A stretch of DNA of 64,000 nucleotides from Candidatus Eiseniibacteriota bacterium (lineage in GTDB: Bacteria > Eisenbacteria > RBG-16-71-46): NCBI GenBank assembly GCA_044223005.1, contig JBGAML010000008.1, positions 1,171 to 65,170 on the forward strand, in the 5' to 3' direction. Position 1 is the stretch's first letter. Every line of letters starts with the position of its first letter. The notes under the pieces are model-generated. The model did no database searches. It worked only from the letters and a program-made list of their open reading frames with translations, and had not been told where the DNA came from. Below are positions 1 through 7,654 of the stretch, in pieces. Position numbers and translations under genes: made by a program.

Positions 1-1266
1 CCAGCGAGCGACGTGCTTGATCGAGTACGAGCGCAGCGGCAGCCGCACGGTGCGATCGAGCACGCGCTTCAGGTCGAAGCACTGCTCGCCCAGCCACTCG
101 ACGAGACCCGCGGGAGATGGGTAGCGCTCGGCGTAGCGGCGGATCCAGAGCGGCTCGTAGTGATCCCAGTGCACCCAGCGCACGTCCGGGTGCGCGGCCC
201 GGATCTCGGCCGCGCGCGCGAGAAAGCGCTCCCACGCGTCGCGGTCGCCTGCGGGCGGCGTCGCGGCGACGATCGCCTCGCCGCGCGGCGGCGCGTCGCC
301 GTCGTCGAGCGCGAGGCCCCAGAGGTAGATGGGCGTCTCGGCGTCCTCGCCGCGCGCATCGCCCTCGAAGTCGAGCCACACGACCGGGTACGCGGGCAGC
401 TCCAGCGCCCGCAGCCATACGGCGCGATCGTCGCGCCACGCGCCCGCGGCGATCACCGCGCGCTTGAGCAGTGGCGCGGGCACGCCGGCCAGCTCGCGCG
501 CGGCATCGAGCCCGGCGAGCTGTTCCAGCGTGCGCACGCCGGCGGCGTGGTAGGCGGCGACGTGCCCGGACTGCACCTCGGGCAGCACCTCGACCCGGCG
601 CTCGGCTTCGGCACGGTCCCAGCAGTGCTTGTAGAACTCGCACGAGCGGCAGGTGGAATGCGCGAGCAGTTCGTCGGGCTCGGTGTCCGACGCGAGCGTG
701 CGCTCGGCCGCGGCGAGCGCTGCGGCGTAGGTGCGCTCGGAGGCCGGCGCGACCTCGACGGTCTCGCCGTAGCCGTTCACGATCTCGAAGCGCCCCGGTT
801 CGAGTCCGGCGCACTCGCGCACGAGCGCGCGGTGGTGCGCGAGTTGCAGCGCGAAGTCGGGCCGCGTCTCCGGCCGCAGCGCGAGCCGCACGTCGGTGAT
901 CACGAAGACGTCGTCGTCCCACCACGTGAACACGGGCGTGCTCGTGCGGCGGCCGTCGGCGGAGGCGAACGCCGGGTGCCAGAGCGCGCCCTCGCGACGG
1001 GCGAGATGCTGCCGGGTCTCCTCGACCGCTTCGGTGAACGAGCGGTCGCGGCGCCAGATCGGGCCCACGAGGCCGGGGAAGCGCGCCGCGATCGCGCGTT
1101 CGTGCGCGTCGGCGCGCTCGCGCAGCATGAGCACGTGGTCGGCGGGCCCGGCCGCCTGGTCGTGCCGGCGGTGCCGCAGCCACAGGCGGCGCGTGCATTC
1201 CGAGGCCGTGACGAGCGACTGCGGCGTGAGGCGGGGGAGGCGCGGCGCGGGAGTGGGGGACGTCAT
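1..1266 (-). CDS. RecB-family nuclease, TM0106-like (Cas4-type PD-(D/E)XK domain followed by an RNase H-like domain). The 3' end runs off the left edge of the window.
   Basis: Absent from the ORF track because there is no stop inside the window. My minus-strand translation from ATG 1266-1264 stays open to nt 1: MTSPTPAPRLPRLTPQSLVTASECTRRLWLRH ... HSTCRSCEFYKHCW ... VVWLDFEGD ... PIYLWGLAL ... YSIKHVARW. It has one N-terminal Cys plus a CX2CX5C cluster as in Cas4/AddB-type nucleases. The listed + ORF 13..1407 is its Arg-rich antisense shadow. Confidence 0.6.
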   Translation of the reverse strand, partial: MTSPTPAPRLPRLTPQSLVTASECTRRLWLRHRRHDQAAGPADHVLMLRERADAHERAIAARFPGLVGPIWRRDRSFTEAVEETRQHLARREGALWHPAFASADGRRTSTPVFTWWDDDVFVITDVRLALRPETRPDFALQLAHHRALVRECAGLEPGRFEIVNGYGETVEVAPASERTYAAALAAAERTLASDTEPDELLAHSTCRSCEFYKHCWDRAEAERRVEVLPEVQSGHVAAYHAAGVRTLEQLAGLDAARELAGVPAPLLKRAVIAAGAWRDDRAVWLRALELPAYPVVWLDFEGDARGEDAETPIYLWGLALDDGDAPPRGEAIVAATPPAGDRDAWERFLARAAEIRAAHPDVRWVHWDHYEPLWIRRYAERYPSPAGLVEWLGEQCFDLKRVLDRTVRLPLRSYSIKHVARW

Positions 1267-1280
1267 GCGCGGCGGGCCGC

Positions 1281-2099
1281 TCAGCTCGCGGCGGCCTCGC
1301 CGCCCGGCGGTGGCGCGGGCGCGGCGGGCGCGGGTTCGTCCTGCGGCCGGATGCGGAAGATGCGCGAGAGCTCGGAGCGCAGCTGGCCTTCGTCGAGGCG
1401 CGAGTAGAGCACGCCGCGGTAGGCGACCGAGATCGCTCCGGTCTGCTCGCTCACGACGATGATCGCGGCATCGGTTTCCTCGGACAGGCCGAGCGCGGCG
1501 CGATGGCGCGTGCCGAGCGAGATCGCCGACAGCGGGTTCGACGACAGCGGCAGGATGCACGAGGCCGCGATCACCACGTCCTCGCGCAGGATCGCGGCGC
1601 CGTCGTGCAGCGGCGAGCCCGGGCTGAAGAGCGTCACGAGCAGCTCGGCGCTCACCTTGGCGTCGATGCGCGTGCCGGTCTCGACGAAGTTGCGCAGGCC
1701 GACGTTGCGCTCCATCACGATCAGCGCGCCGTGGCGACGCTGCGCCAGGCTCTCGGCGGCGCGCACGACCTCGCCCAGAACGCCGAACGCGTCGCCGCGC
1801 AGGAACGTGCGCACGTAGCGCGTGCGCCCGAACTGCGCGAGCGCGTGCCGGAGCTCGGGCTGGAACAGGATCACGAACACGATCAGCCAGACGGTCTTCA
1901 GGCTCTCGACGATCCAGCTCACCGCGATCAGGTCGAAGTGCTTCGCCACGAAGCCGATGAGGACGATCACGACCAGCCCGACGAACATCTGCGCCGAGCG
2001 CGTCCCGCGCCCCAGCGTCAGCATGCGATAGAAGAGCGCGGCGACGAGCAGGATGTCGATGATCGTGCGGATCCAGCTCGGATGGTCGGTCGTCACCAT
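1281..2099 (-). CDS. cdaA: Diadenylate cyclase (c-di-AMP synthase), membrane-anchored CdaA type
   Basis: 272-aa ORF with an ATG start. It has N-terminal hydrophobic helices followed by DAC-domain motifs PLHDGAAIL (DGA) and LGTRHRAALGLSEETDAAIIVVSEQTGAISVA (RHR). Confidence 0.9.
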   Translation of the reverse strand: MVTTDHPSWIRTIIDILLVAALFYRMLTLGRGTRSAQMFVGLVVIVLIGFVAKHFDLIAVSWIVESLKTVWLIVFVILFQPELRHALAQFGRTRYVRTFLRGDAFGVLGEVVRAAESLAQRRHGALIVMERNVGLRNFVETGTRIDAKVSAELLVTLFSPGSPLHDGAAILREDVVIAASCILPLSSNPLSAISLGTRHRAALGLSEETDAAIIVVSEQTGAISVAYRGVLYSRLDEGQLRSELSRIFRIRPQDEPAPAAPAPPPGGEAAAS

Positions 2100-2112
2100 G
2101 CCGACGACGTTA

Positions 2113-2967
2113 TCAGGTTCGCGCGCGCGTTCCCACGCCTGCCGCGGCGCGGAGCGCGTCCGCCGCCCGCACGGCGCGCACCGTGGCCGCGACGTCGTGC
2201 ACCCGCACCACGCCGGCGCCGTCCCGTGCGGCGAGGGCCGCGACCGCGAGGCTGGCCTCGAGCCGCTGCTCCGGCGGGGCGTCGCCGCCGCCGACGGCGC
2301 CGAGGAAACGCTTCCTCGAGGCGCCGATCACCAGCGGCCGGCCGAGGGCGGCGAGCCGCGGGATCGCGGCGAGCAGCGCCCAGTTGTGTTCCGCCGTCTT
2401 GCCGAAGCCGATCCCGGGGTCGAGCGCCACGGCCTCCGGCGCGATCCCGGCCGCGGTGGCGGTGGCGAGCCGGGAGGCCAGGAACGCCTCGACCTCGGCG
2501 ACCACGTCGTCGTACCGCGGGTCGGCCTGCATGGTCCGCGGCGTGCCGCGGGCGTGCATCAGCACCACGCCCGCTCCGGCACGCGCCACCACCGCGGCCA
2601 TCCCGGGGTCGGCCAGGGCGGTGACGTCGTTGACCACGATCGCGCCGTGCGCGAGCGCGTACTGCGCCACCTCGGCGCTCGCGGTGTCGACCGACACCGG
2701 CGCCCCACGCAGGCCGTCGAGCACCGGCGCGAGCCGGCGCACCTGCTCCGCGGCCGGGACCGGGTCCGCGCCGGGCCGCGTGCTCTCGGCGCCCACGTCG
2801 AGCAGGTCGGCGCCCTCGGCGAGGAGCGAGCGGCCGTGCGCGATCGCTGCGTCCGGCGACAGGAAGCGGCCGCCGTCCGAGAACGAGTCCGGCGTCACGT
2901 TGACGATGCCCATGACGAGCGTCCCGCCGACCGCCCGCAGGTCGCGCCCGCCGCAGCGCCAGGTCAC
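2113..2967 (-). CDS. folP: Dihydropteroate synthase
   Basis: GIVNVTPDSFSDGG pterin-binding signature with FolP-like sequence throughout. The GTG start at 2967 overlaps the upstream stop (GTGA). An alternative ATG lies at 2913. Confidence 0.9.
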   Translation of the reverse strand: MTWRCGGRDLRAVGGTLVMGIVNVTPDSFSDGGRFLSPDAAIAHGRSLLAEGADLLDVGAESTRPGADPVPAAEQVRRLAPVLDGLRGAPVSVDTASAEVAQYALAHGAIVVNDVTALADPGMAAVVARAGAGVVLMHARGTPRTMQADPRYDDVVAEVEAFLASRLATATAAGIAPEAVALDPGIGFGKTAEHNWALLAAIPRLAALGRPLVIGASRKRFLGAVGGGDAPPEQRLEASLAVAALAARDGAGVVRVHDVAATVRAVRAADALRAAAGVGTRART

Positions 2968-3440
2968 GCCTTCAGGGCCTCGCGCAGCCGGCGGATCTGC
3001 TCCGCGTGCCCGTGGGCGTGCGCGGCGTAGATCTCCAGCCAGCGCTCGGTGTGGTACGAGCCGCTCTCGGTGTGCCAGCCGAGGTGGCGCCAGTCGTCGT
3101 CGCTCATGAACGCGAACAGCTGCGCGGTCGTCTCGCGCGCGGCCCGGAACGCCGCGAGCGCGGGCCCGATCGGGCGCTCGTTGTAGTGCAGGTCACGGGC
3201 CCACTGGTCCTGGTCGTAGCCGACGATCACGGGAAACCGCTCGACGAGCAGCCGCCGCAGCCGGATCGCGCTCTGGGACTCGGAGTCGGCCAGGTGGTGG
3301 ACGATCTCGGCGGCCGTCCACTTGCCGGGGAAGGGGCGGGCGGTGAGCTGGCCGGCCGGGAAGCCTTCCAGGGCCTGCTCGACCTCGGCCACCCCGGCCG
3401 CGTAACGGGCGACCAGCGCAGCACGTTCCTCGCGTGTCAT
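2964..3440 (-). CDS. DinB-family (DinB_2-like) metal-dependent protein
   Basis: This is the C-terminal 158 aa of listed ORF 2964..3626, starting at ATG 3440 (MTREERAALVARYAAG...). His-containing motifs AEIVHHLADSE and YAAHAHGHAEQIRRL are typical of the DinB four-helix bundle. The upstream part of the listed ORF is Arg/Pro-rich junk. Confidence 0.75.
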   Translation of the reverse strand: MTREERAALVARYAAGVAEVEQALEGFPAGQLTARPFPGKWTAAEIVHHLADSESQSAIRLRRLLVERFPVIVGYDQDQWARDLHYNERPIGPALAAFRAARETTAQLFAFMSDDDWRHLGWHTESGSYHTERWLEIYAAHAHGHAEQIRRLREALKA

Positions 3441-3649
3441 GGGGCTCTCCTCGCGGTCCGGTGGGGTGTTCCGGCGGCCGCCGCTGGGGTCGGGCCTGCG
3501 TTGACCGTCCGGGGGCCGGATGCTACCACTAACCGGTCCGAGCACGTCCTCAACGGGCGGCGCCCGCGCCGCCGTCGCCGCATCTTCGGGTGCCGCGCCG
3601 GCCGGACGCTCCCTCGACACCCGCACCGGGTTCCGGAGGTTTTCCGTTC

Positions 3650-5107
3650 ATGTCCTGGCCGAAGCATCTGCTGTGGCCCGCTCTCGCCCTCGCGCTCGCC
3701 GCCGTCCCGGCCGCCGCGCAGGTCGCGGGACATCCGGTCGAGTTGTCGGCCGGCGCCGGCATCTTGGATTTCGACACGCGTGACCAGGTGAAGATCGCGC
3801 CGGCGTTCACCGGCTCGCTGGGCCTGCGCCACTCGGACGCGGTCACCTTCGAGGGCTCGTACCTCTTCTCGTCGTCCAAGTCCAAGCTCGGCGCCGAAGC
3901 CAAGCACGACTTCGTGTTCGCCTCGCTCGACGCGCTCTGGATGATGCGTGACCCCGCCGAACGCGTGGCGCCCTACCTGCTGGTCGGCATGGGCTACGGC
4001 CACACGAAGGACGAAGCGTTCGGGGCCGTGAGCAGCGGCGCGCCGAGCGCCGGGCTCGGCTTGCGCGCGAACCTCGGTGGCAACCCGCGCACATACCTGC
4101 GGCTGCAGGTGCGCGACATCATGTTCCGCGAGCTGGGTGCGACGTCGTTCAGCCAGCACATCGCGGCGACCGCGGGGCTGACCTGGGTGTTCGGCGGCAA
4201 GATCAAGGACCAGGACCGCGACGGCGTGCGCAACTGGCTCGACCGCTGCCCCGGCACACCGTACGGCGCGAAGGTGGACGCGAAGGGCTGCCCGATCGAC
4301 ACCGACGGCGACGGCGTCTTCGACGGCCTCGACCAGTGCCCCGGCACGCCGAAGGGCGCGAAGGTGGACGCGAAGGGCTGCCCGACCGACGCCGACGGTG
4401 ACGGCGTCTTCGACGGCCTCGACCAGTGCCCCGACACGCCGAAGGGCGCGAAGGTGGACGCGAAGGGCTGCCCGATCGACACCGACGGCGACGGCGTGTT
4501 CGACGGTCTCGACCAGTGCCCCGACACGCCCAAGGGCGCGACGGTGGACGACAAGGGCTGCCCGGTGGACACCGACGGCGACGGCGTGCCGGACGGCCTC
4601 GACCAGTGCCCGAACACCCCCGCCGGGCTGCGCGTCGATCCGAACGGTTGCCCGATCGAGGTGAGTGAGCGCGAGACCGAACTGCTCGACACCGGCACGA
4701 TCCGCATCCAGAACATCAACTTCGACACCGGCAAGGCGACGATCAAGGCCGAGAGCGATTCGATCCTCGACGACGTCGCGCACATCCTGCTGCAGTACCC
4801 GGCGCTGACGCTGGAGATCGGCGGGCACACGGACAGCCAGGGCCAGAAGGCCAAGAACATGACGCTGTCCGAGGCCCGGGCGAAGGCCGTGCTGGCGTAC
4901 CTGACGCAGAAGTTCCCGACGCTCGACGCGTCGCACTTCACCGTGAAGGGCTATGGCCCGACGGTGCCGGTGGCGCCCAACACGACCTCGCTCGGCCGGG
5001 CGAAGAACCGCCGCGTCGAGTTCAAGGTCACGAACGCCGACGTGCTCAAGACCGAGCGGGAGAAGCGGCACTTCCTGCGCAAGGACGAGGGCGTCCCGAA
5101 GCCCTGA
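3650..5107 (+). CDS. OmpA-family outer-membrane protein: N-terminal beta-barrel, thrombospondin type-3 (TSP3) Ca-binding repeats, C-terminal OmpA peptidoglycan-binding domain
   Basis: ATG at 3650 is preceded by GGAGG. The signal peptide is MSWPKHLLWPALALALAAVPAAAQ. Five DxDxDGxxDxxDxCP repeats are present. The C-terminal domain reads NFDTGKATIK...GHTDSQG...NMTLSEARAKAV...NRRVEF. Confidence 0.85.
   Translation: MSWPKHLLWPALALALAAVPAAAQVAGHPVELSAGAGILDFDTRDQVKIAPAFTGSLGLRHSDAVTFEGSYLFSSSKSKLGAEAKHDFVFASLDALWMMRDPAERVAPYLLVGMGYGHTKDEAFGAVSSGAPSAGLGLRANLGGNPRTYLRLQVRDIMFRELGATSFSQHIAATAGLTWVFGGKIKDQDRDGVRNWLDRCPGTPYGAKVDAKGCPIDTDGDGVFDGLDQCPGTPKGAKVDAKGCPTDADGDGVFDGLDQCPDTPKGAKVDAKGCPIDTDGDGVFDGLDQCPDTPKGATVDDKGCPVDTDGDGVPDGLDQCPNTPAGLRVDPNGCPIEVSERETELLDTGTIRIQNINFDTGKATIKAESDSILDDVAHILLQYPALTLEIGGHTDSQGQKAKNMTLSEARAKAVLAYLTQKFPTLDASHFTVKGYGPTVPVAPNTTSLGRAKNRRVEFKVTNADVLKTEREKRHFLRKDEGVPKP
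4238..4660 (+). repeat. Tandem 90-bp (30-codon) coding repeat: four near-identical copies plus a divergent fifth (TSP3 repeats)
   Basis: The unit start CTCGACC(A/G)(G/C)TGCCC recurs at 4238, 4328, 4418, 4508 and 4598. Copies 2-4 differ by only a handful of bases. Confidence 0.9.
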
Positions 5108-5125
5108 GCCGTCCCGAAACGCGAA

Positions 5126-5156
5126 ACGCCCCGCCGCGCGCTGCGCGGCGGGGCGT
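5126..5156. terminator. Bidirectional intrinsic-terminator-like hairpin between the convergent ompA-family and cheR genes
   Basis: Perfect 14-bp GC-rich stem (ACGCCCCGCCGCGC / GCGCGGCGGGGCGT) with a 3-nt loop, followed by TCGTCGTT. Confidence 0.6.
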
Positions 5157-5171
5157 CGTCGTTCCGGGCGA

Positions 5172-6020
5172 TCAGGCGGCCTTGCGTGCGGCGTCCGGTG
5201 GCTTGTGCCGGAACACCGTGGTGCGTCCGGCCGGCGTCGGCGTCCACTCGGGGTCGATGTTGATCGTCGTCTCGGCGGTGCCGAGGAACAGCAGGCCGTG
5301 CGGCTGCAGGACCTTCTTGATGCGGCCGAGGATCTGCTGCTTGGTGGGCGTGTCGAAGTAGATGAGCACGTTGCGCATGAAGACGAGGTCGAACGACGGC
5401 ATCGCCGGCCACGGCTGGATCAGGTTCATGGGCCGGAACTCGGCCATGCGGCGGATGTCGTCCTTCAGGTTCCAGCGGCCGTCGGCCTTGTTGAAGTACT
5501 TGACCAGGTAGACGGCCGGCAGGCCGCGGTTGACCTCCAGCTGCGAGTACGACCCCTGCTTGGCCGCTTCGAGCGTCGTCGTGCTGAGGTCCGTGCCCAG
5601 GATGCGCACGTCCCAGTTCCCGAGCTGCGGGAAGTTCTCGCGGAGCAGCATCGCGATGCTGTACGCCTCCTGGCCGGTGGATGCCGCCGCCGACCAGATG
5701 GTGAGCTTGCGCATCGACGAACGCTGTTCGATCAGCTTCGGGATGATCTCCGTGCGCAGCGCCTCGAACGGATGGAAGTCGCGGAAGAAGAGCGTCTCGT
5801 TCGTCGTCAGCGCGTCCACGATCTGGTAGCGCATCGGGTGGCCCGAAGGCGTGCGCATCACCGCGTCGAGGTACGACTCGAGGCTCGGGTGGTTCTCGCG
5901 GCGCGCGACGGGCAGCAGCCGCGACTCGACGAGGTACTCCTTGCCCGCCTCGAGCACGATGGCGGCTTCTGCGCGCACCATCTGGCACACGAAGGTGAAC
6001 TGGTCCTGTCTCAGCGGCAT
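5172..6020 (-). CDS. cheR: Chemotaxis protein methyltransferase CheR
   Basis: Trimmed from listed ORF 5172..6209 to ATG 6020 (MPLRQDQFTFVCQMV...), which has a GGAGGGGAA RBS. The SAM-MTase motif IWSAAASTGQEAYSIAMLL is present and the sequence is CheR-like throughout. Confidence 0.9.
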   Translation of the reverse strand: MPLRQDQFTFVCQMVRAEAAIVLEAGKEYLVESRLLPVARRENHPSLESYLDAVMRTPSGHPMRYQIVDALTTNETLFFRDFHPFEALRTEIIPKLIEQRSSMRKLTIWSAAASTGQEAYSIAMLLRENFPQLGNWDVRILGTDLSTTTLEAAKQGSYSQLEVNRGLPAVYLVKYFNKADGRWNLKDDIRRMAEFRPMNLIQPWPAMPSFDLVFMRNVLIYFDTPTKQQILGRIKKVLQPHGLLFLGTAETTINIDPEWTPTPAGRTTVFRHKPPDAARKAA

Positions 6021-6084
6021 GGCGTTCCCCTCCGTCGGGCGTGGAACCGCGCGAGGCGCGGCGTTGAGGCGAGGTCGCGAGGGT

Positions 6085-7191
6085 TCATGCCGCTTGCCTC
6101 CGGGACTCGAGCACGCGACGCTCGATCTCCCGCGCGACCTGCGACAGGGGGATGACCGCTTCGGCGAGGCCGGCCTCGGCGACGTAGCCGGGCATGCCCC
6201 ACACGACACTGCTGGATTCGTCCTGGGCGAGCACCGTGCCGCCGCGCTCGCGGATGACTTCGGCGCCGCGCATGCCGTCCTGGCCCATGCCCGTGAGCAC
6301 GAACGAGAGCACGTGGGAACCGTAGGCGTCTGCGACGGACCGGAACATGGGGTCCACGGCGGGCCGGCACGAGTTCTCCGGCGGTTCTTCGTTCAGGTGG
6401 ATCACCGGGAAGCCCATCTCGCGGCGGACGATCATGTGCTTGCCGCCCGGGGCGAGGTAGCCGTGGCCGGGGAGTGGCTTCATGCCGTCCGCGGCTTCGT
6501 GGAAGATCACGGGTCCACACTTGCCCAGCCGCTCGGCGAGCATCGCCGTGAAGACGGGGGGCATGTGCTGGACCACGAAGATGGGCACCGGCGGCGGCGC
6601 GGTGATGGCGCCGAAGATCTCCTGCAGCGCGTTGGGGCCGCCGGTCGAAGTTCCGATCGCGACGCACTCGTACGCCGAGGTCCGGCGGGGGAGCGCGGTG
6701 GCCGCGGGTGCGGCGGTCGCGGACGCGGGCCGTGGCGCGGTCGCCAACGCCGGGCGTGTCGGCGCGCTCGGACGGCCACCGGCGGGCTTGGCGAGCGCGT
6801 GGATCTTGGGGAGCAGCTCGTGCTCCATGAGCTCGAGCCCCTCGACGATCCGGCCCACGTTCGCGGGCTTGGTGACGTAGTCGGTCGCGCCGGCGCTCAG
6901 CGCCTCGATCGTGGTGGCCGCGCCCTTGGCGGTCAGCGTGCTCACCATGATCACGGGCAGCTTCGGGTACGTGCGCCGGAGCTCGCGCAACGTCGCGATG
7001 CCGTCCATCTCGGGCATCTCGACGTCGAGCGTCACCAGATCGGGATTGCACTGCGCGATCTTCTGCAGGGCGATGCGGCCATTGGCCGCGACGCCTGCGA
7101 CCTCGAGGTCGGGGTCCTTGTCGATCACCGTGGACAGGATGCGGCGAATGACCACGGCGTCGTCGACGATCAGTACGCGAATGCGAGGCAT
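6085..7191 (-). CDS. cheB: Chemotaxis response regulator protein-glutamate methylesterase CheB
   Basis: N-terminal receiver (RVLIVDD...TLDVEMPEMDG...). Methylesterase motifs GTSTGGP, VQHMPPVFT and LTGMGQDG are present. Confidence 0.92.
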   Translation of the reverse strand: MPRIRVLIVDDAVVIRRILSTVIDKDPDLEVAGVAANGRIALQKIAQCNPDLVTLDVEMPEMDGIATLRELRRTYPKLPVIMVSTLTAKGAATTIEALSAGATDYVTKPANVGRIVEGLELMEHELLPKIHALAKPAGGRPSAPTRPALATAPRPASATAAPAATALPRRTSAYECVAIGTSTGGPNALQEIFGAITAPPPVPIFVVQHMPPVFTAMLAERLGKCGPVIFHEAADGMKPLPGHGYLAPGGKHMIVRREMGFPVIHLNEEPPENSCRPAVDPMFRSVADAYGSHVLSFVLTGMGQDGMRGAEVIRERGGTVLAQDESSSVVWGMPGYVAEAGLAEAVIPLSQVAREIERRVLESRRQAA

Positions 7192-7216
7192 GGGTTCGTC
7201 CGGGTCCGGGGGAGTC

Positions 7217-7585
7217 TCAGGCGGCGAGTCCCAGCATGCGCAGCTTGTCCGTGATCATGTCGACCGTCACGGGCTTCATGATGTAGTCGTCGGCACCGCA
7301 CTCCAGCGCCTGTTCGATGTCCTCGAAGTTCACGTGCGCGGTCACCATCACCATCTTCATGTTGCGCCACTTGAGGCTTCCGCGAACCTGGAGGAGGAAC
7401 TGGATGCCGTTCATTCGTGGCATGTCCCAATCCACGAGCGCGACATCGAATGGCCCCTGTGACTCGAGCACTTCGAGTGCCTCCTGTCCGTCTCCCGCCT
7501 GGACGCTCTCGGCCTGCAACTCGCCCACGTAGGCGGCCAGCATTCGCCGCATGGCGACCGAGTCGTCGATGATCAGCACTCGCAT
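7217..7585 (-). CDS. cheY: CheY-like single-domain response regulator
   Basis: 122 aa. Motifs: MRVLIIDDS..., the acceptor Asp context LVDWDMPRMNG, VTAH and MKP. Confidence 0.85.
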   Translation of the reverse strand: MRVLIIDDSVAMRRMLAAYVGELQAESVQAGDGQEALEVLESQGPFDVALVDWDMPRMNGIQFLLQVRGSLKWRNMKMVMVTAHVNFEDIEQALECGADDYIMKPVTVDMITDKLRMLGLAA

Positions 7586-7654
7586 GGATTCGCTCCCCGG
7601 TGACGCCTCGGGCGTCCGGGCCCGGAGTTTCCGGGCCCGGGACGCCGTCGGACG

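Noticed and set aside
795-809. tRNA T-arm-like sequence CCGGTTCGAGTCCGG
   Set aside because: It forms only a 4-bp stem. The flanking sequence has no acceptor, D or anticodon arms, and it lies inside the nuclease coding region.
13-1407. 464-aa + strand ORF, plus several overlapping + ORFs (117..467, 471..899, 896..1462)
   Set aside because: Extreme Arg/Ala/Gly/Pro composition with no recognisable motifs. They lie antisense to a motif-rich minus-strand nuclease gene and are typical GC-driven shadow ORFs.
4238-4660. Regularly spaced direct repeats that could superficially suggest a CRISPR-like array
   Set aside because: The period is 90 bp with no unique spacers. The repeats are in frame and encode TSP3 Ca-binding motifs within an OmpA-family gene.
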